IMG/VR virus record: IMGVR_UViG_3300046522_000748
Length of the DNA stretch: 64,000 nucleotides
Strand: one strand, 5' to 3'
From: a virus
Taxonomy: Duplodnaviria > Heunggongvirae > Uroviricota > Caudoviricetes
The notes beneath the pieces were generated by a model. That model ran no database searches and was not told the origin of the DNA. It worked only from the letters and a program-made list of their open reading frames with translations. Numbering within the stretch: the first letter of the stretch is position 1; every line of letters starts with the position of its first letter. The position numbers were made by a program, and so were the translations under genes. Positions 8,975-17,641 of this stretch are shown in pieces.

Positions 8975-9394
8975 TTATTGAGCCTTGGTGTTCAGTCTCT
9001 GCCATTCGGCATACGCCTCATCGCCCTGTCTCCAGGCATCCAATTCCTCCTTGCGCTCCATCATGTCGGCGAACGAGTTTTCGTCGAGCAGAAAGTCCAA
9101 ATGATCTGGGAGCATGCGCTCAGGCGTAATCGTTTCGTATCCTCCGCCCTTATAAACCCACGAGTAGTCCTCTTTCGGGTAGCGCTCATCCCAAAGGCGA
9201 TTCATAATTGAAAATATTCTTTTTGATCGCTTGCTTTCTGGTCGAGCTATCAGCATCAATGCGTGTCTGGCTATTCGCATTTGACCAATTTTAGAGTTTG
9301 GATTGATTTTGATAAAGCACATCTCATTTAGTGCTTGTATGAACATCTCAACTTGTTTTTTTTCGTCTTCTTTATGCTGATTAGGATTTTGCAT
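8975..9394 (-). CDS. Hypothetical protein
   Basis: 139-aa ORF. Confidence 0.65.
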   Translation of the reverse strand: MQNPNQHKEDEKKQVEMFIQALNEMCFIKINPNSKIGQMRIARHALMLIARPESKRSKRIFSIMNRLWDERYPKEDYSWVYKGGGYETITPERMLPDHLDFLLDENSFADMMERKEELDAWRQGDEAYAEWQRLNTKAQ

Positions 9395-9420
9395 TTTGAT
9401 CTCGATTTGATGCGTGGATA

Positions 9421-9603
9421 TTATGCGCTGTGGTCGATGCTTTTATCTTGGGATTCGGTTGAAGTAACTTGGGGCGCTTCTTGAGCTACTGCTGCTTGAG
9501 ATGAATCCGATTCTCCAATATCGCCAACTGCAAATAGGAGTTGCGCGCCTAAATCCAAAGCACCCATCACTATTCCACCAATGACATCAATCATATTGCT
9601 CAC
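9421..9603 (-). CDS. Small hypothetical protein
   Basis: 60 aa; GAGG lies 5' of the GTG/ATG starts. Confidence 0.5.
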   Translation of the reverse strand: MSNMIDVIGGIVMGALDLGAQLLFAVGDIGESDSSQAAVAQEAPQVTSTESQDKSIDHSA

Positions 9604-9702
9604 CTCTAATTATTGTGATTGCAATATCGTATCATTGTTTGAAGGGTGATGTAATTAAGTCGGATGTTATCTGTACTGTAGTCAATAATTCCTGCTAACG
9701 AA

Positions 9703-10353
9703 TTAACCGACTTTGACCGACTGCGCTTTCCGATTGATAAGCACAAACACCATGCAGTTATCGATGGAGAAACTGGTGCTGCCTTCTGTCTCACCAATGA
9801 TGTCGAGTTTACGAGCATTGGCGGGTGTTGGCAGGATGGGATAGGCACCGTGGAATTCTTGATCCTCCAAGAGAAACACGTCTCCAGGCTTAGCTTCGGT
9901 CAGCACCTCGCCGTTGCTCAAAAGCTTGCAGCCTTTAGGGGCATGCAACAGGATCACAATCGACTGTTCGCAGTGTACCGAGGAATTTCGATCATGATGG
10001 TAGCCGACATAATCGCTGATCAAGTAGCTGGCATAGAGCTTCACCAACCCGGAGGGATTGGGCATCATGCTCTTCAGTTGCTCAATCAGCTCCCTGTCTT
10101 TAACCAACTCCGAACAGTCAGTCCATTTGGCCAACATGTCGCGTACGTTATCGCCGTCAGGATGAAATCGGACATCCTCAGTGGCGCCTGACCAGCCATC
10201 AGTAAATCGGGCACTGGCCGACCCTGTGGCGAAATAATTGGTCAGCAGCTTGCTGACCAATTGATCGTCGAGGCTTCCAAGATGAGCAATGCCCTGAGCC
10301 TCGTTCATTGGAACGCCCAGGGCATCTTGAAGGCGGAGCATTTGATACTGCAT
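9703..10353 (-). CDS. Putative 2OG-Fe(II)/DSBH dioxygenase, paralog A
   Basis: DYVGYHHD (HxD) ... ILLHAPKG ... GDVFLLED..FHGAYP (distal H) ... LINR. Confidence 0.6.
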   Translation of the reverse strand: MQYQMLRLQDALGVPMNEAQGIAHLGSLDDQLVSKLLTNYFATGSASARFTDGWSGATEDVRFHPDGDNVRDMLAKWTDCSELVKDRELIEQLKSMMPNPSGLVKLYASYLISDYVGYHHDRNSSVHCEQSIVILLHAPKGCKLLSNGEVLTEAKPGDVFLLEDQEFHGAYPILPTPANARKLDIIGETEGSTSFSIDNCMVFVLINRKAQSVKVG

Positions 10354-10354
10354 C

Positions 10355-11008
10355 TCAAGCCTCGTGATAATCGCGACTGATCACAATACAGGACGCGCAA
10401 TTATCACCCACGAAACGATGAAAATCTTCGTCCACGGAATTGCGCAACTTCATGACATCAATGGTTTCGGTCACTTGCATTGGATAGGCTCCGTGTACCT
10501 TGCTGTCATCCAGCAGGTAGGCGCCGCCGACGCTGAGTTGCGTCAGGTGCTGCTCAGTACCGTTGGTCATCATCGTCAGGCCTTTGGGCGCCTCCAGCAG
10601 GATCACAACTGAGCCAGCGAACTTCTCAAAACCCGTATCAGTATGGGCACCGATGTAATCGAGCATCAGAAAGTCATAGGTCAGATGATCAAGCTCTTCA
10701 GCTCGCGGTATGATCGCTTTGAGGCTTTCCTGAATGTCGGGGTCATTCATGTGAGCATCGCCTGGAGCCCACCGATACAGCATGAATCGGCCTAGATTGC
10801 GGCCATTGGGGTGCAGGCCAATATCCAGTTCAGAGGGCTCTGAACCCTGTGAAAAACGCAGCATGGGCATCACTTGCGCCTTGCACAAGGCCAGCAATTT
10901 CTCACGAGCCGCTGGCTCAATGTCGCCCAGTCTGGTGGTGCCTGTTCTGTCGTTGAGTTTAGCCCCGATGATGTCGGGCAGCCCGTTCACAGCGTTGTGA
11001 TCAAACAT
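10355..11008 (-). CDS. Putative 2OG-Fe(II)/DSBH dioxygenase, paralog B
   Basis: DYIGAHTD ... ILLEAPKG ... YLLDDSKVHGAYP ... VISR; start MFDHNAV. Confidence 0.6.
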   Translation of the reverse strand: MFDHNAVNGLPDIIGAKLNDRTGTTRLGDIEPAAREKLLALCKAQVMPMLRFSQGSEPSELDIGLHPNGRNLGRFMLYRWAPGDAHMNDPDIQESLKAIIPRAEELDHLTYDFLMLDYIGAHTDTGFEKFAGSVVILLEAPKGLTMMTNGTEQHLTQLSVGGAYLLDDSKVHGAYPMQVTETIDVMKLRNSVDEDFHRFVGDNCASCIVISRDYHEA

Positions 11009-11010
11009 AC

Positions 11011-11460
11011 TCAAGCGGCCTGAATGGTGATGATGTGTGGAGTAAGATCCTGCGCCAAATCTGCTTTGAACAAAATGCTCGACGCTGGCAACATCGCAAG
11101 GCACAGCGCACTGTTAACCACTTGCAGAGACGTTGCAAAATCTTCATCGTTTTCCGGGTAAGGGAGTTTGCCGTCAATAAAGGCGCTATTCCACTCGGCG
11201 TCAGAGCTGTAGCCCCTCTTGCGCTTTGTGAAAGACAGTGGCTCACAGAAAGAAGCATCGTCAGGCCTCAGCAGGTAGCCGTGAACCTCAACCAACAGAA
11301 CAACGGGATCGCTGCCATCTTCTTCAGACGCGCACTCCGCGTAATAGTCGGCGGACTCATTGCAGTCAGTCAAAAACAGGCGCTTGTTAAAAGCCCTGTC
11401 GTGCATGATGCCTTCCAGGCATTTGATGCTGGTGCCATGCATGAGCCGCAGAATGGTCAT
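11011..11460 (-). CDS. ADP-ribosyltransferase-fold / KptA(Tpt1)-like protein
   Basis: LMHGTS...I...LFLT...A.YYA...PVVLLVEV pattern of H-type ART/KptA-like domains. Confidence 0.55.
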   Translation of the reverse strand: MTILRLMHGTSIKCLEGIMHDRAFNKRLFLTDCNESADYYAECASEEDGSDPVVLLVEVHGYLLRPDDASFCEPLSFTKRKRGYSSDAEWNSAFIDGKLPYPENDEDFATSLQVVNSALCLAMLPASSILFKADLAQDLTPHIITIQAA

Positions 11461-11490
11461 GAAGAAAAATCCTTATGAAGACTGAGGCTC

Positions 11491-11529
11491 ATGATAACAA
11501 AATACACTGCAAATGTCAATTACAATGAC
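11491..11529 (-). promoter_or_regulatory. Sigma70 promoter with operator
   Basis: TTGACA-N17-TATCAT; operator at 11515-11529. Confidence 0.85.
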
Positions 11530-11530
11530 A

Positions 11531-11866
11531 TTATTTGGAATCTTCGGCTTTCTCCTGGGCTTGCAGCCAAACCTGCCATTCGTCATGAGAAAAACCAAGG
11601 GCAGCCACTCGACCTGAGCAGTTTGCCGCGCCCATACACCCGCACATTCCGCCACCGCACCAGCGGGTGCGCCAGTACTCCGGCATTTGTTGCATGACGA
11701 AATCCAGTTGCTCTTGTCGGCTACCGGCAATTTCCAAGTAGCGCATAGGGAGTTTGACTCCCATTGTGACATGGTGCTCTTGAATCATCGCCTCCAGGGC
11801 TTCTCGGCTCTCCATCAAAAACAGCTTCTGATCGCCTTCGGCGCTGGTGGCTTGAAAAATTGGCAT
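11531..11866 (-). CDS. Cys-cluster protein, paralog 1
   Basis: MPIFQ...RWCGGGMCGCMGAAN...LGFSHDEWQVW; AAGGA SD. Confidence 0.75.
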   Translation of the reverse strand: MPIFQATSAEGDQKLFLMESREALEAMIQEHHVTMGVKLPMRYLEIAGSRQEQLDFVMQQMPEYWRTRWCGGGMCGCMGAANCSGRVAALGFSHDEWQVWLQAQEKAEDSK

Positions 11867-11972
11867 TGCGTCTTCCTTATGACTGGTGGTTCGTTGGGTA
11901 ATAATTAATCTGATATAGCTGTTGAGCCGAAATTACTCTTAGGCTTACAGGAGTAAGCCCAAGGGGTTGAAG

Positions 11973-13388
11973 TCAGCACATGGACAGCGATTCTTCCACC
12001 CGAGGTCGCTTGGCAGCTTCCATCTCGTTGAGAAGATCTTGAGCTTTCACACTTCGTGAGGTGGCATATTGAATATCAAACACTCGACCTTGCAATGAGG
12101 CGCCGAGCAATTGATGGAAGCAGGCAGCATCACCTGTTTTCAGATTTTCAGCGAACGCAACAGGCTTGGCGCGTCGGCCTTCCACCATCTCAATCACCGC
12201 GTTTTCATCGCTGATCATTTTGAACAGCGATTCACTGTTGAGAATAACATTGGACAATGTGCGCGTCATGGCGCCCTCTGCGTGCTTCACCACGACGGTA
12301 TAGCTTCTTTCTGTGCCAATGGTCACACGTATGGCTTTGCTGTCGCGTAGCGTCTCTTCAGATGGGCTGCCGGGGCCTGTGTGCAGACGTTTACCGCTGT
12401 TGTTGTCACGGTAGGTGTCTACCAGATCGTAGGAAATCAACAACTGGTAATCGTCGCCTGGAGTCTGAAATTTCAGGAATTTTCCTGGACTCAAGTCATT
12501 GATGCCTGCGCGTAGCTCAGCATGGTCGGCGGGCTCGAAAATCTCGGAGTTCCTGAAATTGTGCAGCAGGCCTTTTTCGTCTTTGAAGGCGTGTTCCTCA
12601 ATAAAGCCCTTGAGCTTCCACGGATTGTCTCTCAGCTCGAAAAGACCATTAATGCTGGATTCGCCAGCCGCCACACAACGTCCGTGCTGATCCATCAGGT
12701 GTACATCGCAGTGCTGGACGCGGAAATTATCGGTCACTACGGACTTGAGTTGCACTTCGGCATACATGCCGCGATACCCCATTGTTTCGCCTTGTGGAAT
12801 GTTCACGAAACTGGCGCATTCATAACCGAGCCACGGCAGCGGTGCTTGAGCCCTGAGTTTTTTCTGAATGTCGCCCTTGAGGACATATTCCTCGGCATGG
12901 GCAAACGACTCGCACGGATAAGCGATGCCATAATCCTCCTCTTCCGCATCCCATACCACGACGTTAAACACGTCATCGCCAGTACCAGGGTTTTGCTCAT
13001 TCATCTGAGCGTTGCCGACATAGGACTGGATGCCAATCTCAGGATCTTTGCTAAGAAGCATCAGGGTGCCGACTTTGGCTGCCCGCTCGTTCCAGTCAAA
13101 CTGAGGGTCTGCGAACTTGACTGGGTGACTCCATCGGCCCCCGAGGGTGCGGTCAGGTATCAGGAACGAATGGCCATCGGGTGCCATCGGTGCCTCTTCG
13201 ATATTACGAACACGCGATGACATGCGTGCCACAACATCGGGATTGGCGCCAGGGGCGGCTTCAGCGCCCTCCAGCAACCGCTTCATGTCAACAGAAAGGC
13301 CGAAGTGCTGACCGGTCTGCAATGATTTGACGTATTGATCGTCCTGTTCCCAGCGATCACCGAGACCCGTAATGTAAGTCTTGCCCAT
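11973..13388 (-). CDS. Large hypothetical protein
   Basis: 471 aa, GAGGA SD before MGKTY; C-terminus KRPRVEESLSMC. Confidence 0.8.
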   Translation of the reverse strand: MGKTYITGLGDRWEQDDQYVKSLQTGQHFGLSVDMKRLLEGAEAAPGANPDVVARMSSRVRNIEEAPMAPDGHSFLIPDRTLGGRWSHPVKFADPQFDWNERAAKVGTLMLLSKDPEIGIQSYVGNAQMNEQNPGTGDDVFNVVVWDAEEEDYGIAYPCESFAHAEEYVLKGDIQKKLRAQAPLPWLGYECASFVNIPQGETMGYRGMYAEVQLKSVVTDNFRVQHCDVHLMDQHGRCVAAGESSINGLFELRDNPWKLKGFIEEHAFKDEKGLLHNFRNSEIFEPADHAELRAGINDLSPGKFLKFQTPGDDYQLLISYDLVDTYRDNNSGKRLHTGPGSPSEETLRDSKAIRVTIGTERSYTVVVKHAEGAMTRTLSNVILNSESLFKMISDENAVIEMVEGRRAKPVAFAENLKTGDAACFHQLLGASLQGRVFDIQYATSRSVKAQDLLNEMEAAKRPRVEESLSMC

Positions 13389-13461
13389 AGCTAATCCTCT
13401 TTTCATCCATTATAGCAAATTAATAGCCAGCAAATAATAAGGCTATAAGCATGAGCAAATG

Positions 13462-13824
13462 CTATTGATCTTCAGGGTGATCGGTGACCCAGTTTTGCCA
13501 TTGTTTCTTCGTGTAGCCGAGAGCGGTTAGGCCCGCTGTGCTGCGCGCTTTGTCATCCAGGAGACGGCCAGCCTTGTTGGCGGAGCCGGAACAACTGCAC
13601 CGTTTGGACACGCACCAGTGGTTGCGATGCTCTTCTTGCATGTGTTCCATCACCCACTCAAAAATCTGAGCACGGGTGCCTATGAATTCAGCGAAAAAGA
13701 CAATGGGGAATTTTGCGCGAACCTCACCATCAGTTTGTGCAAGGCGCTTATCTAGTACGTCCCTGCTTGCTGCACGATGCAGGAATTTCGTTTTGTTACC
13801 ATAGGAGACTTGAAAAACCGGCAT
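13462..13824 (-). CDS. Cys-cluster protein, paralog 2
   Basis: MPVFQ...HWCVSKRCSCSGSAN...LGYTKKQWQNW. Confidence 0.75.
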   Translation of the reverse strand: MPVFQVSYGNKTKFLHRAASRDVLDKRLAQTDGEVRAKFPIVFFAEFIGTRAQIFEWVMEHMQEEHRNHWCVSKRCSCSGSANKAGRLLDDKARSTAGLTALGYTKKQWQNWVTDHPEDQ

Positions 13825-13847
13825 GAGGATTCCTAATGAGAAATGAG

Positions 13848-14174
13848 TTACTGCTGCGCTTGGTTTGCAGAGACCCAGACTTCCCACTCACTTTTTTCAA
13901 AGCCCAGGCGAGCCAGAGCACCAGGGCCATTGGCGCAGCCCATACAGCCGCAGCGCGCAGACTCGCACCAGCGCCCTCTGTAGTTCTCTTGCATGTTCTG
14001 CATGATCCAATCCAGTTGCTCTGCACGAGTACCGCAGACCTCATGAACGACCAAAGGCAGCTTAATCCGTTCATTCCACGCATTATCGGTCAAATACGCC
14101 TCTAGCTCGGCTTGAGAGTCACTCAGAAACAGTCGTTTGACACCGCCAAAGGGTTTTACTTGGAAGATAGGCAT
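13848..14174 (-). CDS. Cys-cluster protein, paralog 3
   Basis: MPIFQ...RWCESARCGCMGCAN...LGFEKSEWEVW. Confidence 0.75.
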   Translation of the reverse strand: MPIFQVKPFGGVKRLFLSDSQAELEAYLTDNAWNERIKLPLVVHEVCGTRAEQLDWIMQNMQENYRGRWCESARCGCMGCANGPGALARLGFEKSEWEVWVSANQAQQ

Positions 14175-14187
14175 GAGGCGCTCGGGA

Positions 14188-14388
14188 TCAGTAGGATTGA
14201 AATTTAAATACAAACAGGCCGTAGTGAAAAATCACCAACAGGAGCCCGCTGATACCTGCTTGTTTCAAGCTTTTCGATTTCGATAGCAGGCTGTGCAGGA
14301 ATACCGCTATGAGCGACAACCAGATCACGGCCAAAATGATGCTTGGCCAGTGATCAAGAAGGTTCGGAATCAACGCATTCGACATCAA
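14188..14388 (-). CDS. Small membrane protein
   Basis: 66 aa, two hydrophobic stretches. Confidence 0.55.
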   Translation of the reverse strand: MMSNALIPNLLDHWPSIILAVIWLSLIAVFLHSLLSKSKSLKQAGISGLLLVIFHYGLFVFKFQSY

Positions 14389-14431
14389 GGGTTTCCATTT
14401 TGACCGAATTAGGATAGCTATTTATTTGGCT

Positions 14432-14460
14432 ATTATAGCAATACCTTACGTTTTTGGCAA
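14432..14460 (-). promoter_or_regulatory. Sigma70 promoter
   Basis: TTGCCA-N17-TATAAT. Confidence 0.75.
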
Positions 14461-14483
14461 TCTTAGTGCAACCGAGCCACGCG

Positions 14484-15359
14484 TCACAGATCACTCAAAA
14501 ACAGATCGACTGGGATTCTTTTTTTGTGATTTTTGGCGATGTCATCCAGCAGGTCATCGATTTTTTCGGCATAATTTTCGAATGTTTCGCTGTTCGGAAA
14601 CTGGTGCCGCCGCAAGTCTACAACTTTGCAGCCATTAATCTGAACAGAAAAAACAGGGTCGCCATTTTTCTGACCAAAAAACGTGAACCTTATGCTGTTG
14701 ATCACCAGTGTTTTAAACATGCCTGTGTAGATGTAGGTCTCTACTGGATATTGTGAGACTTCCATCATGAAGTCTCTAAGCTGAGCCCATTCTTCAACAG
14801 AAAACTTGTGATATGGCAGCGTCAATGACTCAATCTGAAAAAATAGATCACTCATTGGCTCGCAATCGGCATTCAGGCGCTCAAGGCTTGCAAGTGCAGC
14901 CAGGGACTCCAATTCTGCCGCTAGACCAAATGGATTTCCGGCCATGAAGTTGTTAACGATGAGTGATGAGAACTCCAGTCGAACTATATCTTTTGAGCAG
15001 CACAATAGGGTTTTGAGTACGGGTAGCCACTGCCCCGAGGTCAACTCAGGGTCTTTTTCATGCAACTTCTCTACCAAATAGTTATGCAGAAGCAAAACAT
15101 GTCCTTGCTCTAGAACTTCGTACTCATCGGCAAGACTCCACTCATATTCATTTCTTTCCGCATCGAGGTTTCGGCAAATAAACTCAATGATGGCATCGTC
15201 TTTGGTATTAGGTTGTTGATTGCCATGCCGATGATTGTGATCAAGCATCAGGATGCATTCGAAATAAACCTCATCGAGTTTTTTGCTGTTAAAGTCCTTC
15301 AGATAACCATATTTATAGTGATCGATGAGGATGCGGATTGGATCTGAAAAGTCACTCAT
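14484..15359 (-). CDS. Hypothetical protein
   Basis: Long ORF; AAGG SD before MSDFSDP. Confidence 0.75.
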   Translation of the reverse strand: MSDFSDPIRILIDHYKYGYLKDFNSKKLDEVYFECILMLDHNHRHGNQQPNTKDDAIIEFICRNLDAERNEYEWSLADEYEVLEQGHVLLLHNYLVEKLHEKDPELTSGQWLPVLKTLLCCSKDIVRLEFSSLIVNNFMAGNPFGLAAELESLAALASLERLNADCEPMSDLFFQIESLTLPYHKFSVEEWAQLRDFMMEVSQYPVETYIYTGMFKTLVINSIRFTFFGQKNGDPVFSVQINGCKVVDLRRHQFPNSETFENYAEKIDDLLDDIAKNHKKRIPVDLFLSDL

Positions 15360-15447
15360 GAAAATTACCTTTTTTATTTTTCTAGAAGTATACAAAAAAA
15401 GCGCCATCGGCGCTTTTCTAATAAAACTATTTTAGACTATTCGACTA

Positions 15448-15912
15448 TTAAGCGCCGGTCTTAATGGTTTCAGAGCGCTGGTCTTTCGCCAGCCATTCCG
15501 CCAGTGCCTTTTTGATGTTCTGTACAAGCACGCTGTCAGTTTTGGTGCGTTCATCGGCCAGGGTATTGATCACGTAGCCTGGGATGGGAAACTTTTTGTT
15601 ACCCTCTTGAACCAGATAAACTTTTTGCAGCGATGGGCCACCATAAGTCTGGGAGTACCACAAAACATGATCGAGAACGGCATCCGCTGTGATCGTTGAT
15701 TCCATCGGAACGCTGATGTTTACGGAGGCAACGCCAAGTTCTGTTTGGCCACCAACTACTTTGGCGCTGACTGAAGCAACACTAACGGTCGTTGAAAGCC
15801 CGCTATTGGCTTTATCGGGTGCCTCTTTGATGTCCAGTGGCTTGATTTCAGCACCAATGGCGATGGCTGACAGACTCATGCACAGCGCGACAGCCATAAC
15901 TCGTTTAAACAT
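15448..15912 (-). CDS. Secreted hypothetical protein
   Basis: Signal peptide MFKRVMAVALCMSLSAIAIG; AGGA SD; hairpin terminator at 15394-15417. Confidence 0.75.
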   Translation of the reverse strand: MFKRVMAVALCMSLSAIAIGAEIKPLDIKEAPDKANSGLSTTVSVASVSAKVVGGQTELGVASVNISVPMESTITADAVLDHVLWYSQTYGGPSLQKVYLVQEGNKKFPIPGYVINTLADERTKTDSVLVQNIKKALAEWLAKDQRSETIKTGA

Positions 15913-15942
15913 GTTTCATCTTCCTTTTTTCAATTATTAATT

Positions 15943-16647
15943 TCAGTAGTAATAGGTGTACAGTGCAAAACTCATAGCGGTTTCATTGGCATACTGCTCG
16001 ACGCGTTCAACGTCACCAGTAAGGCCATTGATCTCTGACTCTGGCATTGCTCGTGTTGGAAACACCGCATGTTCAGACAAGTCATCCATCAAATACACAC
16101 CGCCGACTTCTGCTTGAGTGATGTGGGTGCCGTTGGTAACAATCTGGCAGCCATAAGGCGCATTCAGGAGAATCGCCAGAACGCCGCGATTTTTTTCTTC
16201 CGCGAGTTTGACGTCATCGTGAAAGCCGACAAAATCACAGATCAGGTAGGTAAGGTCGAGCGATTCGATAGCGTCGCGATTTGGCACCAGATCTTTCAAA
16301 AAGTCTTTGTCAACAAGAGTGCCCATCGAGTCCCATTGCGAGATGCATTGGGTAACCGCATTACCGTTCGGGTGCATCACCTTATCTCTGGCTTCCGCTG
16401 GCCAACCGGCATCGCCGGAGCCTTTTGCAAACCAGCACAACGGAGGCACCATTCTGTTCATGCAGCCATAAAAAAGTCTCAGGCGAATAAGCTCATCGAC
16501 CGAGCCAACATGGCTAATATGGGTATTTGGATCAACCTTCAGATCCAGGAGTGTTCCCAGAAAAAACTCATCGTCATTGGGAAACGGAAGCGCAGCTTCG
16601 TCATAGCTCGGTACGACTTCCTCAACAGCGAATGCAGGCGTGGCCAT
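15943..16647 (-). CDS. Putative 2OG-Fe(II)/DSBH dioxygenase, paralog C
   Basis: DFVGFHDD ... ILLNAPYG ... VYLMDDLSEHAVFP. Confidence 0.6.
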   Translation of the reverse strand: MATPAFAVEEVVPSYDEAALPFPNDDEFFLGTLLDLKVDPNTHISHVGSVDELIRLRLFYGCMNRMVPPLCWFAKGSGDAGWPAEARDKVMHPNGNAVTQCISQWDSMGTLVDKDFLKDLVPNRDAIESLDLTYLICDFVGFHDDVKLAEEKNRGVLAILLNAPYGCQIVTNGTHITQAEVGGVYLMDDLSEHAVFPTRAMPESEINGLTGDVERVEQYANETAMSFALYTYYY

Positions 16648-16679
16648 ATATCTCGATCCGGCTTGTCTTTAATTTGGTT

Positions 16680-16708
16680 ATTATATACATAGCATGATTT
16701 TCTGTCAA
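16680..16708 (-). promoter_or_regulatory. Sigma70 promoter
   Basis: TTGACA-N17-TATAAT, no operator. Confidence 0.8.
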
Positions 16709-16724
16709 ATTAAGGCAGCTAAAA

Positions 16725-17366
16725 TCAGCATTTTTCCTGCGGGTTAAGCTCGCGAGTTATCAGGAGAAATTTCATGCAATTGGCCCGGCCAAACTTGATG
16801 GCTTTTTCCTCATTCTGCGCAAAAGCATCACGATTATATCGCGTGGTTTTTCGCTCGGGGTACACAGCATGAAACAATGAGTCATCCACCACAAACACAT
16901 CGCCTCGGCGCAACTTTGTCAGGTGCTTTCCATTTGATAGCACCCTACAGCCTTTTGGGGCGTCAAGCAGAATGCACAGTGCGCCAACCTCATACGTGTC
17001 ATGCATATGGGTATCGCGATGCAAACCAACGTAATCACAGATCATTTGACCTGCGCTCAGATTGTCGATGGAGCTGATGCCTGGGATTAGCGGCTCAAGA
17101 AATTCCAGGCTAATTGGCAAGTCGTTGCGGTGCCAACTGACCGCGCACTCATTGCCCAACCCCAGTTTTTCATTGGGATGATGCTCATAATCGGTCGCCT
17201 CTGGCTTCCATCCTTCTGAGCTGGTGAGATGGCAGCCGTCTTGGTCGATGTTCAGGCATATCGCCAGATCCCGCACCACCGCCAAAGGCAGCCGCCCTAC
17301 GTGCGAAAGGCCCAGGGCTTGGTCTGCGGCTAGCCCCAGGCTTTCGCGAAGGTATTGGGTGGTCAT
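16725..17366 (-). CDS. Putative 2OG-Fe(II)/DSBH dioxygenase, paralog D
   Basis: DYVGLHRD ... ILLDAPKG ... GDVFVVDDSLFHAVYP ... LITR. Confidence 0.6.
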   Translation of the reverse strand: MTTQYLRESLGLAADQALGLSHVGRLPLAVVRDLAICLNIDQDGCHLTSSEGWKPEATDYEHHPNEKLGLGNECAVSWHRNDLPISLEFLEPLIPGISSIDNLSAGQMICDYVGLHRDTHMHDTYEVGALCILLDAPKGCRVLSNGKHLTKLRRGDVFVVDDSLFHAVYPERKTTRYNRDAFAQNEEKAIKFGRANCMKFLLITRELNPQEKC

Positions 17367-17371
17367 ACGTG

Positions 17372-17641
17372 TTAGCGACTCACGAGCCAACCTTCAGTCC
17401 TGTTTTCGTGAAGCCACAGCCAGCCATTAGGAGAAGCTTTGACCTTTGCATAGCATTCAGGGGTCACCGTTACCAGTCTCACGGTCTCGGTACGAGAGAA
17501 CTCGTGCCCTTGGTGACCATTGATTTCAGCGGACTTGGCATCCATCGCCGCTTGGTCGATGGCAAGCAGGTAACCATCGGGCCGATTGCCCCACCGGGCT
17601 TCGTATTCGGTCACTGCGCATGCGTAAACTGTGTTATCCAT
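17372..17641 (-). CDS. Hypothetical phage-type protein
   Basis: AGGAG SD, start MDNTVY; EYEARWGNRPDGY motif. Confidence 0.7.
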   Translation of the reverse strand: MDNTVYACAVTEYEARWGNRPDGYLLAIDQAAMDAKSAEINGHQGHEFSRTETVRLVTVTPECYAKVKASPNGWLWLHENRTEGWLVSR

